From: a virus
Strand: one strand, 5' to 3'
Virus record (IMG/VR): IMGVR_UViG_3300027760_000838
DNA length: 64,000 nucleotides
Shown piece by piece: positions 39,944-48,711 of the stretch. The translations under genes were made by a program, and so were the position numbers. Under the pieces are notes generated by a model, which saw only the letters and a program-made list of their open reading frames with translations, ran no database searches and was not told the DNA's origin. Each line of letters begins with the position of its first letter. The first letter of the stretch is position 1.

Positions 39944-40540
39944 CTACTTTGGGCGTTTGGCTACAATCTCATCAATCAATCCATAGTCCAGTGCTTCTTG
40001 AGCACTCATAAACCTATCACGTTCCATGTCACGAGTAAGCTCATCAAAAGTCTTACCTTTGGTATTGTGTCGAACATAGATATCAGTCAAGTACTTTTTC
40101 ATTTTGAGAATTTCTTCAACTTGAATCTGCATGTCCGTAGCCTGTCCACGAGCACCGCCGCTGGGTTGGTGAATCATGTGTCGTGCATTGGGTAGGATTT
40201 TACGTTTACCAGATGCACCAGCCTGTGCTAGCAAACTGCCCATGCTACAGGCCTGTCCCATGACAATAGTCTGCACATCGGGCTTAATGAATTGCATAGT
40301 ATCGTAGATAGCCATGCCTGCTGTTACGCTGCCACCTGGGCTGTTGATATAAAAGTAAATGTCTTTGTTGCTGTCTTCAGCCTCCAAGAACAGAAACTGT
40401 GCTACTAGTAGGCTAGCAGTATGTTCATTTACGTCAGTGTCCAGCATGACAATTCGATCTTTAAGCAAACGACTGTAAATGTCGTAAGCACGTTCACCTC
40501 GAGCTTCCTGCTCGATTACCATAGGTACTAAATTGGGCAT
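39944..40540 (-). CDS. clpP: ATP-dependent Clp protease proteolytic subunit
   Basis: [39 protein letters not shown]. Confidence 0.97.
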   Translation of the reverse strand: MPNLVPMVIEQEARGERAYDIYSRLLKDRIVMLDTDVNEHTASLLVAQFLFLEAEDSNKDIYFYINSPGGSVTAGMAIYDTMQFIKPDVQTIVMGQACSMGSLLAQAGASGKRKILPNARHMIHQPSGGARGQATDMQIQVEEILKMKKYLTDIYVRHNTKGKTFDELTRDMERDRFMSAQEALDYGLIDEIVAKRPK

Positions 40541-40543
40541 CTT

Positions 40544-40996
40544 TTATCCTTCAATGTTTGATGTATCATAAGTTTGGTGGAAAATATCTTTCTTTACTAC
40601 GCCGTAGTCGTTATGGCCGTGACGTACAATATAATCTTCTCCTGGATTGTAGTGTAGCTTTTCACCCCAGCTAGTGTCAACACTTCCGGAATGATCGGCC
40701 AACTTGGCAACCTTCATAATTTTCTTTGGGGTACAAATACCATGCCCATGATCATCTTTGAGTGCATCAAATTTTTCTGGACTGATTGGATATTTTTCCC
40801 CCTTTGGACCACGCATAATGTAATAACCAGCTGGATATTTTACAGGACCTTCCAGTGTGTCAATTACACCAGGTTCATCTGCAATGTTGTAATGTTCTTT
40901 GGCAGGCTTTTTATAAGTTTCAAACCCGCCATGTTTAAACCAAGCATCGGTGATTCCATTCATAGATTCTACGATGTTGATGTATTCTTTAATCAT
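40544..40996 (-). CDS. Hypothetical protein with duplicated PGDYG-like module
   Basis: TLEG...AGYYIMRGPKGEKYP and TSWG...GEDYIVRHG. Confidence 0.6.
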   Translation of the reverse strand: MIKEYINIVESMNGITDAWFKHGGFETYKKPAKEHYNIADEPGVIDTLEGPVKYPAGYYIMRGPKGEKYPISPEKFDALKDDHGHGICTPKKIMKVAKLADHSGSVDTSWGEKLHYNPGEDYIVRHGHNDYGVVKKDIFHQTYDTSNIEG

Positions 40997-41387
40997 TTTC
41001 CACCTTTATGTTAGTTAATTCCGCAATCATTTTAAACTTTTCCCAAGCCATGCGGGCAGCTGGGTTTTGATCTAATTCCTTATCCATTAATACAATTTCA
41101 CGCCAATGATAGGCAGGTGATCTTATGCCAGCACCAAATTTGCGAGGTTGATGAATTTTGCCATCATCCCAAAGTTGCAGGGTAACAGCTCTGACTTCGT
41201 CTTCACGATTTTTCAATCCACTCCAAATACCATGTTCATAGGCGTAGCCATGCCAAATAGCATCCCATTGATCATCCAGAGTAGGATCAAAATGAGTACC
41301 AGTGATTAACACTTGCACATCTTCTGGATCCACTACTCCTTCTACGATGTCTCGAATACAACGACTCAATGAGTAGCCAATTTTCAT
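40989..41387 (-). CDS. Hypothetical protein (132 aa)
   Basis: Operon context. Confidence 0.7.
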   Translation of the reverse strand: MKIGYSLSRCIRDIVEGVVDPEDVQVLITGTHFDPTLDDQWDAIWHGYAYEHGIWSGLKNREDEVRAVTLQLWDDGKIHQPRKFGAGIRSPAYHWREIVLMDKELDQNPAARMAWEKFKMIAELTNIKVEND

Positions 41388-41388
41388 T

Positions 41389-42138
41389 TTAATCCCTTAA
41401 ACGTTCAATGTCATCTTCGACACATTCTGAACCATGTTGAATTTCAATCACATGTAAGTTAGTAGTGCCGGTATTTTCCAATTGATGCCATTCCATAGTG
41501 TCTATTCTAATGGTACTATGCTTTTGAATATCAGTGAACCCAACTCGCCAATTAACTCGCCCTTCTCCCTTGACCACATACCAAAATTCATTGCGATGTT
41601 GATGACGTTGCATACTTAATTTTTTGCCCGGGTCCACAATTAATTCTTTTACTTTAACTGTGGTGTCAACATCACTGAGTACTTTCCAACACCCCCAAGC
41701 ACGTTCAGTACGATTGGTTCGCCAATCTTCTAGGATCCAGCTACTTGAGTTCTTTTTATCTTCTCCGCCCACACCAAATACAAATTCAATGTTACCATCG
41801 TCGATATCCATTTCTGGAATATTTTGTTGTGTGCGATCTCCGCCATTGGCAAATATAATAGTGGCATCAGGGTACATTGCTCTTACACCAGTAATTGCAT
41901 TTTTACTGCTGCCATCTGCGTCAGGGTAACAAACTACTCGATCAACTACACGAAGAGAACTGACAATTCGTTCTCTTTCGTAGATGTGCATAAAGGCTCT
42001 GCCCTTTTTTCGTTGGAGCCATTCGTCTGAGTTTAGCCCAACAATCAACATATCACCTAAAGCTTTGGCTGCTTCAAAATATGCAATGTGTCCACTATGG
42101 ACGGGATCAAATCCACCAGTAACCAGTACTACTTTCAT
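41389..42138 (-). CDS. Cytidylyltransferase-like (HxGH) domain fused to a mannose-6-phosphate isomerase type II cupin
   Basis: TGGFDPVHSGH, GLNSD, FANGGDR; ERAWG, LSMQRHQHRNEFW, IEIQHG..EDDIER. Confidence 0.85.
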   Translation of the reverse strand: MKVVLVTGGFDPVHSGHIAYFEAAKALGDMLIVGLNSDEWLQRKKGRAFMHIYERERIVSSLRVVDRVVCYPDADGSSKNAITGVRAMYPDATIIFANGGDRTQQNIPEMDIDDGNIEFVFGVGGEDKKNSSSWILEDWRTNRTERAWGCWKVLSDVDTTVKVKELIVDPGKKLSMQRHQHRNEFWYVVKGEGRVNWRVGFTDIQKHSTIRIDTMEWHQLENTGTTNLHVIEIQHGSECVEDDIERLRD

Positions 42139-42359
42139 CGACCCTCCTTAGTTTCTACTATTTTAGGACCTGTACTGATAAAACTCATTCCACTGGCTTT
42201 GCCCTCATAAATCTTACCATTCCATGCTAATGAAATCTTGACGCTTTTGTTAAGGCTAACGGTTAACATTTTGCCTTCTTTGAAACTTAAAATTTCAGCA
42301 GGCACTTCACGATCATTATTTTCATTGATCACAGTACAAGTATCAGCAATGTACTTCAA
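42135..42359 (-). CDS. Hypothetical protein (74 aa)
   Basis: Overlapping stop/start. Confidence 0.6.
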   Translation of the reverse strand: MKYIADTCTVINENNDREVPAEILSFKEGKMLTVSLNKSVKISLAWNGKIYEGKASGMSFISTGPKIVETKEGR

Positions 42360-42514
42360 TTTATGTCCTTGATTACAGGTTCGTATGCTTCTAGTCGTTT
42401 ACGCAATTGAGCGTTTTCGAACTCTAATTCTTCAATATGATCTGCCACTCGCTGTAATAGCTCACTTAAATTAGCACTAGTTAATCTAACAATATCACTG
42501 ATGTTCTTATCCAT
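42356..42514 (-). CDS. Small coiled-coil protein
   Basis: Start reset to MDKNIS at 42514, overlapping the upstream stop. Confidence 0.55.
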   Translation of the reverse strand: MDKNISDIVRLTSANLSELLQRVADHIEELEFENAQLRKRLEAYEPVIKDIN

Positions 42515-43347
42515 TATACTTCCAATACAATATTTGGATCCCAACCACTGGGATCTTCGTAACCTTCATAACCACGTGGGTTACATACAACTCTAGTCTC
42601 ACCGATCACATAGTCAAATGCATGATGCGTATGCCCATGTGTCCACAACTTGATTTGAGGATGATCAAGAATGAATTCACTAAGGTCACTGCTAAATGCA
42701 CCATTTTGAATACGTTCACCTTTGTACATTTCATGTGTGCTCAACTTGCTAGGACTGTGATGACCCACTACTACATATTTTTTACTGGGATCATTTTCTA
42801 CCACATGTTTAATATAGGCCACATGATCATGATGTTTGTTAACTGTATCCTGTGGACGTAGTCTGGCATAGTTGCGTTGACTATTACGAATAATACGATA
42901 ATCATTCATCATGTCTGATACCGAATATAAGGTAATAGGATCACCCTTGTTCATGTCAGTCCAAAGAGTACAACCAACAAAGATCACATCCTCGATTTGT
43001 TTAGCATCCATTTCTAGAAAGTAAACATTAGGATATACTGCACACTCTTCCCGTAGATAATCAATGGCATCAGGAAATTTGCCGTGATAGTATTCGTGGT
43101 TACCTGCAACAAAAATCACATGCGGAAATCTATCACTACACCGCTTTAGAAAATTTCTATAAAGTATAGCAGCATTTTGTCTAGCACCAAAAGTATTTTT
43201 TTTATTCAAATAGTCAGCAGGGTAGTCATGTAGGTCCTGTGCCACCATGATATCTCCACTGAGAATTAGCACATCACAATTTTGCTCATTGTAAATTTCG
43301 ATGTCGCCGAATTCTAAATGGATGTCGCTAATTAGTTTGATTTTCAT
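42514..43347 (-). CDS. Calcineurin-like metallophosphoesterase
   Basis: SDIH, LSGD, GNHE, HH, HGHTH. Confidence 0.9.
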   Translation of the reverse strand: MKIKLISDIHLEFGDIEIYNEQNCDVLILSGDIMVAQDLHDYPADYLNKKNTFGARQNAAILYRNFLKRCSDRFPHVIFVAGNHEYYHGKFPDAIDYLREECAVYPNVYFLEMDAKQIEDVIFVGCTLWTDMNKGDPITLYSVSDMMNDYRIIRNSQRNYARLRPQDTVNKHHDHVAYIKHVVENDPSKKYVVVGHHSPSKLSTHEMYKGERIQNGAFSSDLSEFILDHPQIKLWTHGHTHHAFDYVIGETRVVCNPRGYEGYEDPSGWDPNIVLEV

Positions 43348-44033
43348 TGTGCCACTTTAACATAATTAAGGCGAGATTCTTCTACTTTAAATTTCCAATG
43401 CTTACGATGATCTTTAACTTTGGCCTTGACCAATACAGCCGGGCCTAATTTCATTTGTTCCTTAGCAAACCATGTAGCTAATTTATTATCAATTATAGCA
43501 CAGATGTTCCAAGAAACAAACTTATCTGAGTATTCTGATTGAATAATTTCACAATCTTTATCAGCCAATTTAGTTCCAGGTTGTCCCAAAAACCCTTCAT
43601 CAAGCTCACGTAGTTTACGCTTGATTTCCTTTTCTTCCAAGCTCTTATAATACCATTGTGGCATATAAGCAACAAGCCCAATACTAACTTCGGGAATACG
43701 CCCAGTTTCCAAAAAACGACTAATGTCCATTAGAAAATCATTTTCGCCACTGATCACATTGAACATGAGCTTACGTCCATATTGTTGGATAACATCAGCC
43801 AGCTCACGATCTTCATCTAACACTTCCATAGAAGGCGGTCGTTCATTTTCCCTTCTACGCAATTCTTTTTTGATAAGCTGTTTGTTGGCACTTTTGACAA
43901 ACAAACATTCATTAGTGTCTTCATCATATACAGATTGTTCTACTTTTAGATAGCCATTGTTGGTTCTATAAGCAGCACAGGCCAATTCCAATACTGGACG
44001 AAGATCAATCATTTTGAGTTCTAAAGTCATCAT
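43344..44033 (-). CDS. Hypothetical protein (229 aa)
   Basis: Long ORF with a possible OB-like C-terminus. Confidence 0.7.
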   Translation of the reverse strand: MMTLELKMIDLRPVLELACAAYRTNNGYLKVEQSVYDEDTNECLFVKSANKQLIKKELRRRENERPPSMEVLDEDRELADVIQQYGRKLMFNVISGENDFLMDISRFLETGRIPEVSIGLVAYMPQWYYKSLEEKEIKRKLRELDEGFLGQPGTKLADKDCEIIQSEYSDKFVSWNICAIIDNKLATWFAKEQMKLGPAVLVKAKVKDHRKHWKFKVEESRLNYVKVAQ

Positions 44034-44200
44034 TTTGAAATTTTGGTAATGATTAAGGATTCGCCTTCTTGTTTAACATCTATCTGATCGCCTTCTTTCA
44101 ATCCTAACTTCTCTGATATTTCAGGGGGGATTTTGAATAGTACATGATCGGGGTCATCAGGGATATCTTCAAAAATATCTTCCACGTTGTAAGTAGTCAT
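44030..44200 (-). CDS. AbrB/MazE/SpoVT-like small DNA-binding protein (56 aa)
   Basis: Hand translation MTTYNVEDIFEDIPDDPDHVLFKIPPEISEKLGLKEGDQIDVKQEGESLIITKISK; below the ORF-track cutoff. Confidence 0.75.
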   Translation of the reverse strand: MTTYNVEDIFEDIPDDPDHVLFKIPPEISEKLGLKEGDQIDVKQEGESLIITKISK

Positions 44201-44742
44201 AATCTATCATCCTCTTCTTCGGGTAATACGCACCAACCTAAACGATCTAAGTCCTGTTCAACTTCTCTAGTTACATAACCTTCTGGTACATGATCAGGCA
44301 TACGACCATGAGTTTCATCGTAGCTGTCATAATCAGCAGTGCCACGTCCACTACAATACCAATCCATGTAGTCGCCCTTTTCCTGCATGTCGGCAATAAT
44401 GCCACCAGCATAACGCCAAGTGCAAGTCCAACGTTGATCTTTCAAAATGTTCCACATTTCTTTTTTACGAAACTGTCGATTGCATAGAGCAGCATAAAGA
44501 TTCTGTGCATAACCATTGTTAGTTCGTACTTTTTCCAACATCCAATCAGTGGTACGCAGGTCGTATTCTAAATTGTCTTTTTGCCATTTGGGATCGTTGA
44601 CTCGATCTCTGGATTCACGACGGCTGTCTTCGTACATTTTTATGTAGGCTTGATTGGGTTGTTCATTAGTTCGCTCACAGCGAGCCAAGTATCTTTTTAT
44701 TTGAGTAGTATAACGTTCTGGGCTTGTACTAATCTTTTTCAT
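44197..44742 (-). CDS. Hypothetical protein
   Basis: Start reset to MKKISTSPER (44742); the longer ORF-track start runs through the tRNA-like element. Confidence 0.7.
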   Translation of the reverse strand: MKKISTSPERYTTQIKRYLARCERTNEQPNQAYIKMYEDSRRESRDRVNDPKWQKDNLEYDLRTTDWMLEKVRTNNGYAQNLYAALCNRQFRKKEMWNILKDQRWTCTWRYAGGIIADMQEKGDYMDWYCSGRGTADYDSYDETHGRMPDHVPEGYVTREVEQDLDRLGWCVLPEEEDDRL

Positions 44743-44759
44743 AACCAACTCTGTGTGTA

Positions 44760-44867
44760 TGTAGTCGGCAGGATTCGAACCCGCAGAGCGCGACAATGTC
44801 GAATGCCCGTCCCCAGCTTTTCCTTTCAGAAGAAGCGGGAGGTCTACCACTTTCCACTAACGACTAC
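44760..44867 (-). ncRNA. tRNA-Leu-like RNA lacking an anticodon loop and encoded CCA
   Basis: 7-bp acceptor GTAGTCG/CGACTAC plus A, D-loop GTGGAAAGTGGTAGAC, T-arm GCGGG-TTCGAAT-CCTGC, GAAA-capped long hairpin in the anticodon position, long variable arm. Confidence 0.7.
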
Positions 44868-44873
44868 TTTCAT

Positions 44874-44902
44874 AGTATACAGTCTTATAGGTCCAATGTC
44901 AA
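44874..44902 (-). promoter_or_regulatory. Sigma70 promoter TTGACA-N17-TATACT for the tRNA-like RNA
   Basis: The -10 ends 7 nt before G1 of the element. Confidence 0.75.
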
Positions 44903-45970
44903 CTGTTGTGATTCCGCCACACGCATTTCTCTTCCAACTCTATGTACTGTATCAATCAATACCGAGACATTCTCAGGCGGTGTGTATTGACTAATACCAT
45001 GCCCTAAATTGAATACATGACCAGTATTGCTGGGACCAAAACTACGTACAACTCTTTCTGCTTCACAAGCCACTGCTTCTGGTGTGCTACGCAACACCAC
45101 AGGGTCCATATTGCCTTGTAAGGTAACTCTATCGCCAACTAATGCTCTAGCCTTGGCCAAATCAACGGTCCAATCCACGCCCAACGCATTTACACCAATC
45201 TCGGCTTGATCATCTAACCAAAGTCCACCGCCTTTGCTGAAAGCAATATTGGGGATGACTACGCCATCTTTGATTTTGATTAGTCCTTCTACAATTTGTC
45301 GCATATAACTCAAGCTGAATTTCTTATAAGAATCTTCACTCAATACACCGCCCCAACTGTCAAAAATCATAACAGCTTGAGCTCCAGCAATGATCTGTGC
45401 ATTTAAGTATTCAGTAACAGCATCAGCAGTAATGTTCAAAATCTTGTGCATGAGGTCAGGACGAGAATACATCATGCTTTTGACTTTGGCATAATCATCA
45501 CTGCCGCCGCCTTCAATCATGTAGCAGGCCAGTGTCCATGGACTACCACTAAAACCAATTAATGGTACTCTTCCGTTAATTGCACGACGTGTCATGGTAA
45601 TAGCGTCCATAACATAGCGTAGCTCTTTCTCTACATCTGGCACAAACAGTTTGTTCACATCGTTTTCATCTTTAATTGGGTTGGCTAGTTTAGGACCTTC
45701 ACCGTCCACAAAGTGTAAGCCCAAGCCCATGGCATCTGGTACTGTAAGAATATCTGAAAAGATAATTGATGCGTCTAAGTCATAACGATCTAAGGGTTGT
45801 AATGTTACTTCACAGGCATATTCGGGAGTTTTACAAAGATTTAAAAAGCTGCCGGCCTTACGTCTTGTTTCGTTGTATTCAGGTAAGTAGCGTCCGGCTT
45901 GGCGCATGACCCAAACAGGAGTTGTTTCTGTTGGTTGCTTGAGTAGAGCTCTTAAAAATATATCATTCAT
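44885..45970 (-). CDS. hemE: Uroporphyrinogen decarboxylase
   Basis: [44 protein letters not shown]. Confidence 0.97.
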   Translation of the reverse strand: MNDIFLRALLKQPTETTPVWVMRQAGRYLPEYNETRRKAGSFLNLCKTPEYACEVTLQPLDRYDLDASIIFSDILTVPDAMGLGLHFVDGEGPKLANPIKDENDVNKLFVPDVEKELRYVMDAITMTRRAINGRVPLIGFSGSPWTLACYMIEGGGSDDYAKVKSMMYSRPDLMHKILNITADAVTEYLNAQIIAGAQAVMIFDSWGGVLSEDSYKKFSLSYMRQIVEGLIKIKDGVVIPNIAFSKGGGLWLDDQAEIGVNALGVDWTVDLAKARALVGDRVTLQGNMDPVVLRSTPEAVACEAERVVRSFGPSNTGHVFNLGHGISQYTPPENVSVLIDTVHRVGREMRVAESQQLTLDL

Positions 45971-45972
45971 AA

Positions 45973-46899
45973 TTATATTGTACCTAAAATTTTTGCCATT
46001 ATTTTTTTGCCTCCACGAGCAAGCATGGCTTCAGCCATGGAAACGGCTAATTTTTCTGCTTCTTTCCAAGGACCTTTGCAATTAGCCGAAATAATATCAG
46101 TACCATCTGGCATGACAATAAGACCTTGCATGGTAAAAGTTTGATGGTCTCCAATTTCTGCATATGCACCTAAGGGCAATTGACAACTGCCGCCAAGACG
46201 TTTACTAAAAGCACGTTCAGCCCTTACACAAATGGTAGTTTCAATATCAGTCAATGCTCCTATGGCCTCCAATAGATCGGATCTGTCATTTAATATTTCT
46301 ATGCCCAATGCTCCTTGCCCAGGCGCTGGTACAATTATTTTGGGGTCTATCTCACTGCGTATTCGATGTCCTAACCCTAGTCTTTTTAATCCTGCCGCTG
46401 CTAAAATAATGGCATCGTATTCGCCTGCATCTAATTTGGCTAACCTAGTGTCTAAATTTCCACGTAAAGACGCCACCTTTAACAAAGGAAATTTCCTTAG
46501 CAGTTGCCCTTGTCTACGCAAACTACTAGTGCCCACTACGCTACCTGCTGGTAGTTCAGCTAGGCTATTAAATTTATTACTGACAAATGCGTCTCTAACA
46601 TCCTCTCTACGAGTAATGGCTGCTAGACTAAATCCATCAGGCAAGTCCATTGGTACGTCTTTCATACTGTGAACTGCTAAATCCGCACGACGTTCTTGTA
46701 GTGCCACTTCTAATTCTTTAATGAATAGGCCTTTGCCACCAATACTGGACAAAGGTTGATCTAGAATTTGATCGCCCTTTGTGGTCATGCCTAATATTTC
46801 CACTTGATATTCGTTTAGTTCCAAAGATTCTTTTATGTGATTAGCCTGCCACATGGCTAATCTCGATTCACGACTGGCTATAATTAGTTTATTTTCCAT
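45973..46899 (-). CDS. hemC: Hydroxymethylbilane synthase (porphobilinogen deaminase)
   Basis: [48 protein letters not shown] (dipyrromethane Cys). Confidence 0.97.
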   Translation of the reverse strand: MENKLIIASRESRLAMWQANHIKESLELNEYQVEILGMTTKGDQILDQPLSSIGGKGLFIKELEVALQERRADLAVHSMKDVPMDLPDGFSLAAITRREDVRDAFVSNKFNSLAELPAGSVVGTSSLRRQGQLLRKFPLLKVASLRGNLDTRLAKLDAGEYDAIILAAAGLKRLGLGHRIRSEIDPKIIVPAPGQGALGIEILNDRSDLLEAIGALTDIETTICVRAERAFSKRLGGSCQLPLGAYAEIGDHQTFTMQGLIVMPDGTDIISANCKGPWKEAEKLAVSMAEAMLARGGKKIMAKILGTI

Positions 46900-46914
46900 A
46901 TGTTCTCCGCAGAG

Positions 46915-46922
46915 TATTTATA
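46915..46922 (-). promoter_or_regulatory. T4-type late promoter TATAAATA upstream of hemC-hemE
   Basis: Exact consensus 16 nt before the hemC ATG. Confidence 0.6.
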
Positions 46923-46940
46923 GTGTAGTTTTTTACTGCC

Positions 46941-46967
46941 AAAAAAAAGCCCTGCATTACACAGGGC
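46941..46967 (-). terminator. Intrinsic terminator
   Basis: GCCCTGT-GTAAT-GCAGGGC followed by T8. Confidence 0.9.
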
Positions 46968-46969
46968 CA

Positions 46970-47210
46970 CGTAGGGAAAAGTTAATTACATAGACGGGAC
47001 AATGTACAAGTAAGGTTACGGCCCTCACGAACAATGTTCAATAGGCAAAGCACATTACTCTGTATACTCCCAACTTACAAAACACAACGTCGTTATAAAT
47101 TAGTTGGTTCACACAAATATGTCACTTAAAAAGTGTTTCGATTTTTTCTACTATAGTAGAGGTATCTACCTAATCTTCTTTCCCACTACGGCCAATTTTA
47201 ATAAATTGGC
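46970..47210 (-). ncRNA. Candidate structured 3' RNA downstream of the 188-aa gene
   Basis: 8-bp hairpin 47191-47210; long-range helix 47178-47190 with 46970-46981, extendable inward; ends at a terminator. Confidence 0.5.
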
Positions 47211-47216
47211 AAAATC

Positions 47217-47783
47217 TTACAGAATACCTTCAAACTTCAAAGTCTTTTCAACTTCTTCAGTGATCTGAATAACTGTTTGTACGTTGAGTTCAAGAATTTC
47301 ATCTTGAGCTTTTTGTTTTTGCTTGCGACTAAAACTCACAATATTTTTAAAGTTAGTAATGTCATTGGCATTGAACAGACTTACGGTAACATTGTCCTGA
47401 TAGAAGCTATGACTACCTTCACCTTTGTTACGGATTTTTGCCAAACGACTTTCAATTACGGTCAAAGGCTCTTGAACAGTTTCACTTACGTATTTGGAAT
47501 AAAATTGAATTTGTTTTTCCAAATGAGCAATGTCTGCCAATTTGGCATCAATACCGTACTGCACATTGGCCTGACTAACACCTTTACGGATGGCGTATAA
47601 TGCTTCCAATAAACGTTCACGGCGGGCAATGTCAGCACTAAACTTTTCCTGTGCAAGACTTAATGTTTCTCCAACGTTTTGAAACTCGTCGATAGTAACA
47701 CTGTTTTTAAATTCAAGAGCCTTGAGTGTGTCGTTGATCAGTGTTTGGACAGCATTAGCTTTGCGTAGAGTCAAGTTCATCAT
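47217..47783 (-). CDS. Coiled-coil hypothetical protein (188 aa)
   Basis: LTLRKANAVQ N-terminus, heptad-rich, KQKAQDEILELNVQT C-terminus; SD AAGGA. Confidence 0.8.
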   Translation of the reverse strand: MMNLTLRKANAVQTLINDTLKALEFKNSVTIDEFQNVGETLSLAQEKFSADIARRERLLEALYAIRKGVSQANVQYGIDAKLADIAHLEKQIQFYSKYVSETVQEPLTVIESRLAKIRNKGEGSHSFYQDNVTVSLFNANDITNFKNIVSFSRKQKQKAQDEILELNVQTVIQITEEVEKTLKFEGIL

Positions 47784-47800
47784 AGTTCCTTAAAAATTAA

Positions 47801-47876
47801 TGGTAGGACGTGACGGGTTCGAACCGCCGACATTCGCCGTGTAAAGGCGACGCTCTACCAACTGAGCTAACGTCCC
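47801..47876 (-). tRNA. tRNA-Val(TAC)
   Basis: 76-nt cloverleaf, TCGCC-TTTACAC-GGCGA, encoded CCA. Confidence 0.95.
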
Positions 47877-47885
47877 AATGCATGT

Positions 47886-47914
47886 ATTATATGCTGATCT
47901 ATATGTGTTGTCTA
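47886..47914 (-). promoter_or_regulatory. Sigma70-type promoter TAGACA-N17-TATAAT for tRNA-Val
   Basis: Near consensus. Confidence 0.65.
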
Positions 47915-48151
47915 GCGTTTTGGCTGTTTTGCTCTAACTCTCTTGTTGAGATATTCTTGTGTGTCTACTCGACCATTTTGTATTTCAAGTAGAGCACTTA
48001 CACATCCATGATCGTCATGGTTGTAACGACGTAGTTCACGAGCCTTTTGTGCCGCCACTAAGACTAAAAGAAATTTATTACCTCCTGACATTTTTACACA
48101 TTGTTGAGTATCAATGTCTGGACCACGACTAAGTTTTTTTACAATTTTCAT
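47912..48151 (-). CDS. rpoZ: RNA polymerase omega subunit-like protein
   Basis: GGNKFLLVLVAAQKAREL...VSALLEIQNG resembles omega NRFDLVLVAARRARQ...ALREIEEG. Confidence 0.75.
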   Translation of the reverse strand: MKIVKKLSRGPDIDTQQCVKMSGGNKFLLVLVAAQKARELRRYNHDDHGCVSALLEIQNGRVDTQEYLNKRVRAKQPKR

Positions 48152-48165
48152 TTTTAATTTAAAGT

Positions 48166-48239
48166 TGGAGCGGGATGCGAGAATCGAACTCGCGACTTCA
48201 GCTTGGAAGGCTGAGGTAATACCATTTTACGAATCCCGC
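48166..48239 (-). tRNA. tRNA-Gly(TCC)
   Basis: 74-nt cloverleaf, TCAGC-CTTCCAA-GCTGA, CCA. Confidence 0.93.
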
Positions 48240-48245
48240 TGATTA

Positions 48246-48515
48246 TTAAGCAGTACGTAGAATCAAATGGTATCCAAACTGAGTTTGAACTGGACCACTT
48301 AGTTGGCCTACCTCTAAACCAAATGTGGCATCTTCAAAAGGTTTGACCATTTGTCCACGACCAAACTCACCAAGGTCACCACCACGTTGACCACTTGGAC
48401 AGCTACTATTTGCTGCTGCTAATCTAGCAAAGTCTTCTCCTGTTTGAATTCCTTCAATCAAGGCCTGGGCTTTTTGTTCTGAATCTACTAAAATATGACT
48501 GGCTCTAACTTTCAT
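48246..48515 (-). CDS. ppiC: Parvulin peptidyl-prolyl isomerase
   Basis: RASHILV, FARLA...SSCPSG..GGDLG.F..GQMVKPFE, TQFGYHLI. Confidence 0.95.
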   Translation of the reverse strand: MKVRASHILVDSEQKAQALIEGIQTGEDFARLAAANSSCPSGQRGGDLGEFGRGQMVKPFEDATFGLEVGQLSGPVQTQFGYHLILRTA

Positions 48516-48538
48516 TTTATTCTCTTTTAAAAATTACA

Positions 48539-48615
48539 TGGTCGGAGTACAAGGATTCGAACCTTGGACCTCCTGCTCCCAAAGCAGGCGCACTACCAGG
48601 CTGTGCTATACTCCG
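48539..48615 (-). tRNA. tRNA-Pro(TGG)
   Basis: 77-nt cloverleaf, CCTGC-TTTGGGA-GCAGG, CCA. Confidence 0.95.
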
Positions 48616-48620
48616 GAATT

Positions 48621-48696
48621 TGGTGCCCCCACCATGATTCGAACACGGGACCTACTGATTACAAATCAGTTGCTCTACCAGCTGAGCTATAAGGGC
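48621..48696 (-). tRNA. tRNA-Thr(TGT)
   Basis: 76-nt cloverleaf, ACTGA-TTTGTAA-TCAGT, CCA. Confidence 0.95.
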
Positions 48697-48711
48697 GTTA
48701 ACTATATATCC

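Noticed and set aside
44743-44850. N-terminal extension of the 44197-44850 ORF
   Set aside because: It runs through the tRNA-like element; MKKIS at 44742 with an upstream GAG is the better start
44885-46899. Bacterial chromosome origin suggested by hemC, hemE, clpP, erpA and rpoZ
   Set aside because: These genes are interspersed with baseplate/fibre genes, a clamp loader and T4-type late promoters, and lack their usual bacterial operon partners (hemD, clpX, gmk)
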